Source: Candidatus Bathyarchaeia archaeon
GTDB taxonomy: Archaea; Thermoproteota; Bathyarchaeia; Bathyarchaeales; DTEX01
DNA: 64,000 bases
Assembly (NCBI GenBank): GCA_038867895.1
Contig: JAWBXL010000008.1
Coordinates: 43 to 64,042 of the forward strand
Direction of reading: 5' to 3'
Positions within the stretch are counted from its first letter, which is position 1, and each line of letters starts with the position of its first letter. The notes beneath the pieces were generated by a model. It worked only from the letters and a program-made list of their open reading frames with translations. It was not told where the DNA came from and searched no databases. A program made the translations under genes and the position numbers. This document shows, piece by piece, positions 16,884-25,640 of the stretch.

Positions 16884-18662
16884 ATTAGGATAGCGGTTAT
16901 CGATGCCGATAAATGCAAGTCTAGCCGCTGCGATAGGGTATGCTATCGTTTTTGTCCGCAGGTTAGGAGTAGAGTTGAGGCCATTAGATTTGAGGATAAT
17001 AGGCCAGTGATCTCGGAGGTTCTATGTACTGGATGTGGAATATGCGTTAAAAAGTGTTCGTTTAAGGCGGTCTCCATAGTTAATGTTCCGGAGGAGCTGA
17101 AGGGTGAGTGCGTTCATAGGTTTGGGCCAAACACCTTTAAATTGTTCCGCCTACCAGTCCCCTCACCTGGGATAGTTTTAGGGTTATTGGGTCAGAATGG
17201 AATTGGAAAAACAACGGCAATAAAAATTCTTTCTGGCGAGATAAGACCTAACCTTGAAAGATATGTTGATCCACCAGACTGGCCTGAAATAATACAGTAT
17301 TTTAGGGGCTCGACACTTCAAGCATACTTTCAAAGGCTGAGTAGGGGCGAGCTTAAAATTGTTCATAAGCCCCAATATGTTGATAAGATACCACGTGTCG
17401 TGAAGGGTAAGGTTGGCGAGATACTTGAGCGTGTTGATGAGAGAGATAAGCTTACGGAGGTTTCCGAGAAACTTCAGCTTAAGGTTATATGGGATAGAAC
17501 TCTGGATGTATTAAGTGGTGGTGAGCTTCAGAGGGTTGCTATCGCAGCGGCTGTTTGCCGTGAGGCTGACGTTTACCTGTTTGATGAGCCCTCTAGCTAC
17601 TTGGACGTTAAGCAGAGACTTGAGGCCGCTAAGGTGATTAGGAGCCTAAAAGAGGAGAATAAGATGATAATCGTTGCAGAGCATGATCTGGCGGTTCTTG
17701 ATTACCTATCTGACCAGGTTTGTGTCTTCTATGGCAAGCCAGGAGTCTATGGGATAGTCTCCCACGTTCATGGGGTTAGGGTTGGGATAAACATTTACTT
17801 GGATGGCTTCATTCCGGACGAGAATATGCGCTTTAGGAAGGAACAAATAATATTTCATGTTAAGCCGCCAGTCGGCGACTCGCCAACCAATGCGCCAATT
17901 TTAAGGTGGGGTGAGATGACAAAGACCTATGGGGACTTTAGGCTTAAGATAGATTCTGGTGAGGCTAGGCTAGGTGAGGTTATAGGCATATTAGGGCCAA
18001 ACGGGATCGGCAAGACGACATTTATAAAGATATTAGCTGGGTTAGAGAAGCCGGATCAGGGATTGTCCCCGACAGAGAATGTTCTTGGGGTCAGTTATAA
18101 GCCGCAATATATTTCAACGGAGTATGAGGGAACTGTTGAGGATCTTCTAAAATTGGCTGCCAAAGACAAGTTTTCCTCAAGCTGGTATCAGACTGAAATA
18201 ATTAATCAGCTCAACCTAAGTTCCCTCTTTGATAGGAATATGAAGGAGCTTAGTGGTGGTGAGCTTCAGAGGGTTGCTATAGCCGCCTGTCTATCTCATG
18301 ATGCAGACATATATCTCCTTGACGAGCCGAGCGCGTATCTTGATGTGGAGGAGAGGCTAGCGATGGCCAGAGCTATACGCAGAGTCGTCGAGGATAAATG
18401 TGTAACAGCCTTTGTCGTTGAGCATGATATAATCGCCATGGATTTTATAGCGGATAGGCTAATGATTTTTACTGGCAAGCCTGGAATTTATGGAGTGGCT
18501 AAGTCGCCGACAAGTCTCCTAGACGGCATGAACAGTTTCCTTAAAGAGATGAGCATAACTTTTAGAAGGGACCCGGACACTAAGAGGCCAAGAGTGAATA
18601 AGGAGGATTCTAAACTTGATAAATATCAGAAAAAGATTGGACAATATTATTATGTTAAATAG
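16884..18662 (+). CDS. abce1: ABCE1 / RNase L inhibitor homolog (ribosome recycling ATPase), probable ATT start
   Basis: Two ABC NBDs (Walker A GQNGIGKT and GPNGIGKT; signature LSGGELQRV twice). The N-terminal FeS domain has its first Cys cluster (DKCKSSRCDRVCYRFCP) upstream of the ORF-track GTG at 17007. The frame is open from 16851 with no ATG/GTG/TTG. ATT 16884 aligns with the conserved MRIAVID start, and GGAGG lies 9 nt upstream. The 3' end is certain; the 5' end is moderately confident. Confidence 0.85.
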   Translation: MRIAVIDADKCKSSRCDRVCYRFCPQVRSRVEAIRFEDNRPVISEVLCTGCGICVKKCSFKAVSIVNVPEELKGECVHRFGPNTFKLFRLPVPSPGIVLGLLGQNGIGKTTAIKILSGEIRPNLERYVDPPDWPEIIQYFRGSTLQAYFQRLSRGELKIVHKPQYVDKIPRVVKGKVGEILERVDERDKLTEVSEKLQLKVIWDRTLDVLSGGELQRVAIAAAVCREADVYLFDEPSSYLDVKQRLEAAKVIRSLKEENKMIIVAEHDLAVLDYLSDQVCVFYGKPGVYGIVSHVHGVRVGINIYLDGFIPDENMRFRKEQIIFHVKPPVGDSPTNAPILRWGEMTKTYGDFRLKIDSGEARLGEVIGILGPNGIGKTTFIKILAGLEKPDQGLSPTENVLGVSYKPQYISTEYEGTVEDLLKLAAKDKFSSSWYQTEIINQLNLSSLFDRNMKELSGGELQRVAIAACLSHDADIYLLDEPSAYLDVEERLAMARAIRRVVEDKCVTAFVVEHDIIAMDFIADRLMIFTGKPGIYGVAKSPTSLLDGMNSFLKEMSITFRRDPDTKRPRVNKEDSKLDKYQKKIGQYYYVK

Positions 18663-18800
18663 CGGTGTAGATACGCTTAATTTTCCATCTTCTATGTTAA
18701 TAAGAAAATTCTTTCCACATTATTTTAGCCAAAAATTGTTGCAAAACACATTTATTCGCTTCCTACCCTCTCTCCTCTATAGAGTTGGGAGAGTATATTC

Positions 18801-19040
18801 ATGGTTATTGCCGAGGAGAGAAGGGAACCGATACGCTCTCATAAGGTTGTTATCAGGGGGGTTGTTGAGGGGTACGAGGTTGCTTCACTTGAAGACCTAA
18901 AGAAGATTGAGGATCGAATTGAAAGCATACAGAGCGAGATAAACGCCTTAAGAAATCAAATTAGTGAATTACAGAAGACATTAAATGCAACGAACATGAG
19001 ACTAGAGAGGCTAGAAAACTTCCTAAAATCGTTCAGGTGA
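18801..19040 (+). CDS. hypothetical small coiled-coil protein
   Basis: 79-aa ORF with a heptad-like C-terminal half (LEDLKKIEDRIESIQSEINALRNQISELQKTL...LERLENFL). No family recognised. Confidence 0.4.
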   Translation: MVIAEERREPIRSHKVVIRGVVEGYEVASLEDLKKIEDRIESIQSEINALRNQISELQKTLNATNMRLERLENFLKSFR

Positions 19041-19109
19041 TATTAGGTTAAGTAAGATTCGCTGAAGCCTATTGCAGACCAGATGATCAATGTTGGATCT
19101 AAGGATGAT

Positions 19110-19138
19110 GAAAAAAGAAAACGAGCTTTTCTTTTTCC
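19110..19138. terminator. A/T-rich hairpin with T-tracts on both strands between convergent genes (candidate bidirectional terminator)
   Basis: GAAAAAAGAAAA-CGAGC-TTTTCTTTTTCC forms a stem of about 11 bp. It presents an oligo-T run on each strand and sits between the 3' ends of 18801-19040(+) and 19170-19919(-). Confidence 0.35.
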
Positions 19139-19169
19139 AGTCTTTTCAGGCCCTAACTAAAAAAGGCAT

Positions 19170-19919
19170 CTACTCTTTAATTCTTTTCAAAATACTGTCT
19201 ATCTTTAGTAATGCTTCTATCGGATTATTATTAAGAGTTATGTAGGAGCCTACTACAGCAACTCTTGCCCCAGCCTTCCATGCTTCTACGATTGTTTCCG
19301 GGTTAATGCCTCCATCAACCTCTATAATCTTGTCAGGGAATCTCTTTGAGATTCTCCTTAGTTTTTCTGTCGCTTCACTACAATACTCTTGTCCACCTAA
19401 ACCCATTGGCACGCTCATCACTAAAATCATGTTGGCTTCTCTGGCAATTCTTTTTGTCAGTTTCTCCTCGGGTGTTGGGAGGTTTAAACCGATGCCAGCT
19501 CTATAGCCATACCTTTTAATGCTCCTAATAGCCTTCATCATCTCATCTTCAGTGCTGAAAGCTTCAACCTGAACTATGATCGCTATTTTCTCTCTATCGC
19601 TGCTCACTATAAACCTGTTTATATCTTCTGTGATCTTGAGGGGATTGCTTGTCATCAAGTGTATGTTTAAGAGGGTTTCCTCTTTTAGCTCCTCATATAA
19701 TCTTCTTATTAAGTCTATAGAGAATTTATTCTTGTCTGGTATTAACGGGGGTCTCATAACATCTACATGAATGCTATCTATTCTTCCAGTCTTAAGCAGA
19801 TTCGTGATGTTTATAAAGGCTCGGCTCTCCCTTAAACTATCTATATTCTTGGATAACTCATTTTCATATTCTAAGATTGATAGTGAAATAGACATGCTCA
19901 CAGCACTAACTTTATTCAT
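19170..19919 (-). CDS. ribulose-phosphate-binding TIM-barrel protein, divergent ribulose-phosphate 3-epimerase-like
   Basis: RPE-like landmarks are present: HVDVM, IHLM and EVDGGI near the C-terminus. The canonical MDGHFVPN is replaced by MRPPLIPD. Confidence 0.5.
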   Translation of the reverse strand: MNKVSAVSMSISLSILEYENELSKNIDSLRESRAFINITNLLKTGRIDSIHVDVMRPPLIPDKNKFSIDLIRRLYEELKEETLLNIHLMTSNPLKITEDINRFIVSSDREKIAIIVQVEAFSTEDEMMKAIRSIKRYGYRAGIGLNLPTPEEKLTKRIAREANMILVMSVPMGLGGQEYCSEATEKLRRISKRFPDKIIEVDGGINPETIVEAWKAGARVAVVGSYITLNNNPIEALLKIDSILKRIKE

Positions 19920-19998
19920 CTTCCTCTAATACTATTTGGGTAAATATTACACGGGGATATAAAAGTAACAACAATAAATAAATAAGTCTCTAATCTCC

Positions 19999-20010
19999 TT
20001 TTATATAAAA
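19999..20010 (+). promoter_or_regulatory. candidate TATA box of the cdh operon
   Basis: TTTTATATAAAA is centred about 30 nt upstream of the cdhA TTG start (20035), consistent with an archaeal promoter giving a very short leader. Confidence 0.35.
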
Positions 20011-20034
20011 TCATACTTTAAGGTTGGGTCCCAT

Positions 20035-22389
20035 TTGGTTTCTGAAAAAAATATCCGAGTTAAGATTGATGAGCTGAGGAGTAGTGCAGGTCTTTTAAAG
20101 GGCGTTGAGATCTCCATTGGCAAAATAATTGGCGAGGAGTGGCTTGAGGAGACTGGGCCATCACAGTTCCCAAAGATACCCGACTTAAGGGAGTGGGACT
20201 TCAAGCTCCTGCAGCGCTATAAGCCCTTCTATATGCCATTCTGCGACCTCTGCTGCCTCTGCACATTCGGGAAATGCGATTTAACGGGGGATAAGCGCGG
20301 CGCATGTGGAATAAATATGTCAGCCCAGCAGTCACGCATAGTTCTCTTAGCATGCTGTATAGGCGCCTCTACACACGCGTCTCATGCTAGGCATCTGCTT
20401 GAGCACTTAATAGAGAAGTATGGACGCGACCACCCAATAGACGTCGGCGGCTTAAATGTTGAGGTGGAGGCGCCAATAACACGCTTAGTATGTGGTGTTA
20501 GACCCAGAACCCTCGGCGATCTAGAGGAAGTTCTAAACTACCTTGAGCAGGAAATAGTTAGGTTGTTAGCGGCCACACATACTGGCCAAGAGTCAAGCAA
20601 TATAGACTTCGAGTCTAAAGTATTTCACGCTGGGATGATAGACCATGTCGCGCTTGAGGTGGCCGATATAGCACAGATCTCAGCGCTCGGTTTTCCGAAG
20701 GCGGATCCAGAAGCGCCCCTGGTTGACATAGGTTTGGGTGTCGTTGACTCGACGAAGCCAGTCATAATGGTTGTGGGCCACAATGTTCCACCAGCAGCAG
20801 CCATAGTAGACTACTTGGTTGAGAATGGATTATATGGTGGCATTGAGGTTGTAGGCTTATGCTGTACAGCACATGATCTTACACGATATAACCCTAAGGC
20901 GAAGATTATTGGGCCAATATCATGGCAGCTTAGGTTTATTAGGAGCGGTGTAGCCGACGTCATAATTGTTGATGAGCAGTGCATTAGGACCGATACGCTC
21001 CTCGAGGCCCAGAAGGTTAAGGCTCCAGTTATAGCGACAAGCGATGTGAACTGCGCTGGGCTGCCAGATAGGACAAAAGATAGCGTTGAAAAGATTGTTG
21101 AGGACTTGGTTCTAAATGGGCAGCCGGGCGCATTGATCCTAGATCCGGAGAAGGCTGCTGAGGTCGCTGTTAAGACAGCTCTCTTAATCGCGTCTAAGAG
21201 GATGAAGCTTAAGGCTCTCCCAGATGTAAGCGACATAATTGAGGGCGCAAAGAAATGCCGTAAATGTGATGACTGTAGAAGAGCCTGTCCAAACGATTTG
21301 CCGGTGAGAGATGCCCTTGCGAAGGCGTTGGAGGGCAACCTAAATGCTCTTGCAGATCTCTATGAGGCATGCATTGGTTGTGCCAGGTGCGAGAGCGCAT
21401 GCCCAGTAGATCTTCCACTCCACAGCTTCATAGTTAAGGCTGCTGAGAAGAGGATAAAAGAGGAGAAGTATAAGGTGCGCGCGGGTAGGGGTGCGATACA
21501 GGATGTTGAGATTAGACAAGTGGGCAGCCCAATAGTTCTGGGCGAGATACCTGGCGTTGTGGCCTTCGTCGGATGCGCTAATTATCCTAATGGTGGAACC
21601 GAGGTTGCCGAGATGGCAGTTGAGTTCGCTAAGAGGCGCTATATTATCGTGGCGAGCGGCTGCGCAGCCATGTCCATAGGAATGTATAGGGACGAGGAGG
21701 GCAAAACACCATACGAGGCCTTCTCAGGAGCCTTTGATGCCGGAGGAATAGTTAATGTTGGCTCATGCGTCTCAAACTCACATATTGCCGGAGCAGCAAT
21801 AAAGATAGCCAACATATTTGCTAAGCGTAAGCTCCGCGCCAATTATGAGGAGATAGCAGATTATATACTTAATAGGGTCGGCGCCGTCGGCGTAGCCTGG
21901 GGCGCCATGTCGCAGAAGGCTGCTTCCATAGCCAGCGGCTTCTGGAGGCTCGGCGTCCCAGTTATTGTTGGGCCCCATGGGCTTAAGTATAGGCGTATGC
22001 TCTTAGGCAGGAAGGATAAGCCTGAGGATTGGTACGTCTATGATGCTAGGACTGGAGAGAAAGTTTATGTTGGCCCAGCTCCGGAACACCTGTTCTATGC
22101 CGCTGAGAGTAAGGAGGAAGCTATGGTTATGATAGCGAAGCTATGCATGAGACCAAACGACACTACTAAGGGTAGAGCGATAAAGCTTTCAAATTATATT
22201 GATCTCCATAAGCGCTTCTTTGGAACAATGCCGGATGACGTACACCTCTTCGTCCGCACATTGGCCGATGTTCCGCTGACGATGCGCGAGGAGGTCATAA
22301 AGGTTCTTGAGGAAAAGGGCTGGAAAGAGAATGTTATACCAGATCCAACGCTCCTACCGAGACTAGTGAGGAAAAAGGCTGGTGAGTGA
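20035..22389 (+). CDS. cdhA: acetyl-CoA decarbonylase/synthase complex subunit alpha (CODH catalytic subunit)
   Basis: N-terminal Cys-rich motif ([16 protein letters not shown]...RGACGI) and an internal two-cluster ferredoxin insert ([24 protein letters not shown]) typical of archaeal CdhA. 784 aa. Confidence 0.95.
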   Translation: MVSEKNIRVKIDELRSSAGLLKGVEISIGKIIGEEWLEETGPSQFPKIPDLREWDFKLLQRYKPFYMPFCDLCCLCTFGKCDLTGDKRGACGINMSAQQSRIVLLACCIGASTHASHARHLLEHLIEKYGRDHPIDVGGLNVEVEAPITRLVCGVRPRTLGDLEEVLNYLEQEIVRLLAATHTGQESSNIDFESKVFHAGMIDHVALEVADIAQISALGFPKADPEAPLVDIGLGVVDSTKPVIMVVGHNVPPAAAIVDYLVENGLYGGIEVVGLCCTAHDLTRYNPKAKIIGPISWQLRFIRSGVADVIIVDEQCIRTDTLLEAQKVKAPVIATSDVNCAGLPDRTKDSVEKIVEDLVLNGQPGALILDPEKAAEVAVKTALLIASKRMKLKALPDVSDIIEGAKKCRKCDDCRRACPNDLPVRDALAKALEGNLNALADLYEACIGCARCESACPVDLPLHSFIVKAAEKRIKEEKYKVRAGRGAIQDVEIRQVGSPIVLGEIPGVVAFVGCANYPNGGTEVAEMAVEFAKRRYIIVASGCAAMSIGMYRDEEGKTPYEAFSGAFDAGGIVNVGSCVSNSHIAGAAIKIANIFAKRKLRANYEEIADYILNRVGAVGVAWGAMSQKAASIASGFWRLGVPVIVGPHGLKYRRMLLGRKDKPEDWYVYDARTGEKVYVGPAPEHLFYAAESKEEAMVMIAKLCMRPNDTTKGRAIKLSNYIDLHKRFFGTMPDDVHLFVRTLADVPLTMREEVIKVLEEKGWKENVIPDPTLLPRLVRKKAGE

Positions 22390-22939
22390 TATGGCCGCGA
22401 GAGCCGAGTCCTGGCAGACAGCTGAGATACCAGGCCCAAAGAAGGCCATGACTATAACTACTCCACAAATAGTTACAGCGTTAGTTAAGCGTTCAAAGAA
22501 CCCGGTTCTCATTGTTGGCGCAATGGCCCCAAAGATAAGGCTTAGTGGTGGCGATTTAATAGACTATGCTATCCGGATCGCTGAGGCGGCCGGAATGCCA
22601 ATCGTGTCCTCGCCGGGCATTTTTAAGGAGTTTATTGATAGGGGCTTTAAGAGGGTCTCCAACATGCCAGCTGTTGATATAGCAAATAGGCTTACAGACC
22701 CTAAATGGGCTGGGCTTGAGGGTAGGGGGCAGCACGACCTAGCCATCTTTATGGGCTTCAGGTACTACGTTTGCTGGCTAATCCTATCAGGCCTAAAGCA
22801 CTACTCCCAAAACCTCAAGACAATATCTCTAGAAATGTATTATCAGCCGCATGCATTATGGTCATTTCCAAACATCTCAAAAGAGGAGTGGGAGAAGAAC
22901 CTTGACGCCATTATTAAAAGTTTAAGAGAGGGAAAATAG
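22382..22939 (+). CDS. cdhB: acetyl-CoA decarbonylase/synthase complex subunit epsilon
   Basis: A protein of about 180 aa immediately after and overlapping the cdhA stop, with the size and position expected of CdhB. The start may instead be ATG 22391. Confidence 0.85.
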   Translation: MSDMAARAESWQTAEIPGPKKAMTITTPQIVTALVKRSKNPVLIVGAMAPKIRLSGGDLIDYAIRIAEAAGMPIVSSPGIFKEFIDRGFKRVSNMPAVDIANRLTDPKWAGLEGRGQHDLAIFMGFRYYVCWLILSGLKHYSQNLKTISLEMYYQPHALWSFPNISKEEWEKNLDAIIKSLREGK

Positions 22940-22974
22940 TCTTTTAATAGAAAGGTTGAAGGATGTGAGATAAT

Positions 22975-24384
22975 ATGTCAATGTTTGCTGATATTCCGGT
23001 TGGCGTCGGCGAGGTGTATTCTGGCGAGAGGATAAGGTGGCAGGACACTCAAGTGGAATTTGGTGGGTTAAGGGTTCAATATAAATTTGAGCTCGTTAAA
23101 GTTCGTAAAATGGATGAAGTTGAGGATGAAAAGATAACCATAATTGGTCCGGACATAAAGGATCTTGAGCCCCAGAAGTCTTATCCACTTGGAATATTTA
23201 TTGAGGTTGCAGGAAGACAGATTGAGGAGGAGCTTGAGGGAGTTATAGAGCGGAGAATACATGAGTACACGAACTACATTGAGGGCATGATGCACCTAAA
23301 CCAGAGATACGATATATGGATAAGACTCGGCAAAAGATCCTTTGAGAAGGGCTTAAACTCATTCCACATTGTCGGAAAAGTTTATCAAAGATTATTTAAG
23401 AGCGAGCTCCCAATAATCGAGAAGATACAAATAACCTTCATAACCGATCCAGAAAAAGTCAAGGAAATGTATGATTACGCGCTCAAGGAGTATGAGAAGA
23501 GGGATGCTAGGGCCAGGGGCCTAAAGGATGAGGAGGTAGACGCATTCTATGGGTGCACGCTATGTCAGTCCTTTGCTCCAACGCACGTCTGCGTAATAAC
23601 CCCACAGAGATACTCTAACTGCGGCGCAATAAGCTGGTTTGATGCAAGAGCTTCGGCAAGAATTGATCCTAAAGGGCCAGTATTTAGGATTGAGAAAGGC
23701 GAGTGCATTGATTCGATAAAAGGCGAGTATACTGGAGTAAACGATGTTGTTAAAATGAAATCTGGCGGAGAAATACAGCGCGTCTGGCTATATGCCGCCT
23801 TTGGACACCCGCACACCTCTTGCGGATGCTTTGAGGGGATAGCCTTCTATATCCCAGAGGTTGACGGCTTCGGAATAGTCCATAGGGGCTTCACCGAGAA
23901 CACCCCTATAGGCATATCATTCTCGAAGCTGGCAGATTCTACTGCTGGTGGTAGGCAGATCGATGGTTTCCATGGAATATCAATCGAGTATATGCGTTCA
24001 CCAAAGTTCCTACAGGCTGATGGCGGCTGGGAGAGGGTTGTCTGGATTCCCTCAACCGTTTTAGAGAAGGTTAAGGATTTCGTTCCAAAGCACCTTGTGG
24101 ATAAAATAGCGACCGAGAAAGACGCAAAGACTGTGGAGGAGCTTAAGAGCTTCCTTGTAGCCAAGGGCCACCCGATAGTTAAGAGGTGGGAGGAGAAGGC
24201 TAAGGTGGAGGCTGCGGCCAAACCTGTTGAGGAGAAGGCTGCCCTGGCTGTTGCCGCTCCAGAGACTGTTGCGGAGATCGCGGCTCCAGTAAGTGTTGGA
24301 GCCATTGGAGGGTTCAAAATAATACTCAAGAATGCTAAGATTAGAGCGGAGAAAGTTAAGATAATTAGGGCGAAGGAGAAGTGA
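22975..24384 (+). CDS. cdhC: acetyl-CoA decarbonylase/synthase complex subunit beta (acetyl-CoA synthase, A-cluster)
   Basis: A-cluster ligand motifs CTLCQSFAPTHVCVITPQRYSNCG and HTSCGCFE (Cys-Gly-Cys). Confidence 0.95.
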   Translation: MSMFADIPVGVGEVYSGERIRWQDTQVEFGGLRVQYKFELVKVRKMDEVEDEKITIIGPDIKDLEPQKSYPLGIFIEVAGRQIEEELEGVIERRIHEYTNYIEGMMHLNQRYDIWIRLGKRSFEKGLNSFHIVGKVYQRLFKSELPIIEKIQITFITDPEKVKEMYDYALKEYEKRDARARGLKDEEVDAFYGCTLCQSFAPTHVCVITPQRYSNCGAISWFDARASARIDPKGPVFRIEKGECIDSIKGEYTGVNDVVKMKSGGEIQRVWLYAAFGHPHTSCGCFEGIAFYIPEVDGFGIVHRGFTENTPIGISFSKLADSTAGGRQIDGFHGISIEYMRSPKFLQADGGWERVVWIPSTVLEKVKDFVPKHLVDKIATEKDAKTVEELKSFLVAKGHPIVKRWEEKAKVEAAAKPVEEKAALAVAAPETVAEIAAPVSVGAIGGFKIILKNAKIRAEKVKIIRAKEK

Positions 24385-24390
24385 AGGGAA

Positions 24391-25623
24391 ATGGCTAGTA
24401 AAGAGAAGAGGGATGCTGAGGAAGGAGCCCTTATAAAGCTCGGCCCAAAGCTCCTAGATCTTCTGAGACAGTTTGGTGAGATTGAGTTAGAGAATGTTGA
24501 GATCGAGGCTGAGGAGCTGGAGATATGGATACCAGCAGTTACAGCTGTCGCTCCGCCACCCGTGGCCCCGCCAAAGATGGTCCCGGCGAAGCCAGTAGAA
24601 ATATTAAGGGCGGAGTTTAAGCCTCCAATCCAAACTTATTCTGGAAAGATAACCGAGGTTAAGCTCGGGGCGACAAGAGGTGAGGGCGGCACTAGAGAAA
24701 AAGTTATAAAGGTTGGCGGGGAAGCTACCCCCACATTCTATCTTTTTGAGGAGGTTCCTCTAAACCCGCCAGTAATATCGGCCGACATATTTGACATGGA
24801 GGTTCCGCTTCCAAAGGCTATAAAGATGCATGTCCAGGAGGTTATCGGTGACCCAGCTGCGTGGGCTAAGCTCGCCGTAGATAAATTTGGCGCGGATCTA
24901 ATCACAGTCCACTTGGTTAGCACAGATCCTCTTAGAAAGGATGCCCCGCCGAGCGATGCCGCGAAGATAATTGAGAGGATTCTACAGGCGGTTAAGGTTC
25001 CAATAATTGTTGGAGGCTGCGGCGACCCAAAGAAAGATACGGAAGTCTTTAAGAGGGTCGCTGAGGTGGCGCATGGGGAGCGTGTCATGCTAAGCTCCGT
25101 AACCCTAGACATGGCTGAGGCAGGTCTATTAGAAGAGGTTGCTAAGGCCGCTAGGGAGCATGGCCACGTTGTGCTGGCATTTACGGCCATGGACTTAAAC
25201 CAGGCTAAAGAGCTCAACAGAAAACTCTACGATTATCTGCCAAGGGAGAGCATAATCATGGATTTAACCACGGCAGCCCTGGGATACGGACTAGAGTACT
25301 CGTTCACGGTGCATGAGAGGGCTAGACTCGCAGCCCTAGCTGGTGACCAAGAACTTCAGCACCCAACATCCTCAGGAACAACAAATGCCTGGGCCGCTAG
25401 AGAGGCTTGGCTGAAGCTCGGCCCGGAGTGGGAGCCTAGGGAGCTGAGGGGACCACTATGGGAGACAGTTACGGCAATAACCCTCCTCTTGGCTGGCGTA
25501 GATATCTTCATGATGATGCATCCGGCGGCGATACGTACTGTTAAGGAGACTATCAGTAACCTCTATAAGCGTGGCAGAGCTAAGCCTGAGGGCGTGGCTG
25601 ACTGGATTTCCATTAAAATATAG
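24391..25623 (+). CDS. cdhD: acetyl-CoA decarbonylase/synthase complex subunit delta (corrinoid/FeS protein small subunit)
   Basis: Position after cdhC, a Pro/Ala-rich linker and a TIM-barrel-like C-terminal region, as in CdhD/AcsD. Confidence 0.88.
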   Translation: MASKEKRDAEEGALIKLGPKLLDLLRQFGEIELENVEIEAEELEIWIPAVTAVAPPPVAPPKMVPAKPVEILRAEFKPPIQTYSGKITEVKLGATRGEGGTREKVIKVGGEATPTFYLFEEVPLNPPVISADIFDMEVPLPKAIKMHVQEVIGDPAAWAKLAVDKFGADLITVHLVSTDPLRKDAPPSDAAKIIERILQAVKVPIIVGGCGDPKKDTEVFKRVAEVAHGERVMLSSVTLDMAEAGLLEEVAKAAREHGHVVLAFTAMDLNQAKELNRKLYDYLPRESIIMDLTTAALGYGLEYSFTVHERARLAALAGDQELQHPTSSGTTNAWAAREAWLKLGPEWEPRELRGPLWETVTAITLLLAGVDIFMMMHPAAIRTVKETISNLYKRGRAKPEGVADWISIKI

Positions 25624-25640
25624 TTTGGAGGTGGGGGTAC

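Noticed and set aside
19105-19111. Perfect C-box-like AUGAUGA at 19105-19111, and another abutting the tRNA 5' end (340-346, minus strand)
   Set aside because: No CUGA D or D' box lies at the required spacing on the same strand. The first is part of the terminator hairpin flank and the second is a tRNA leader.
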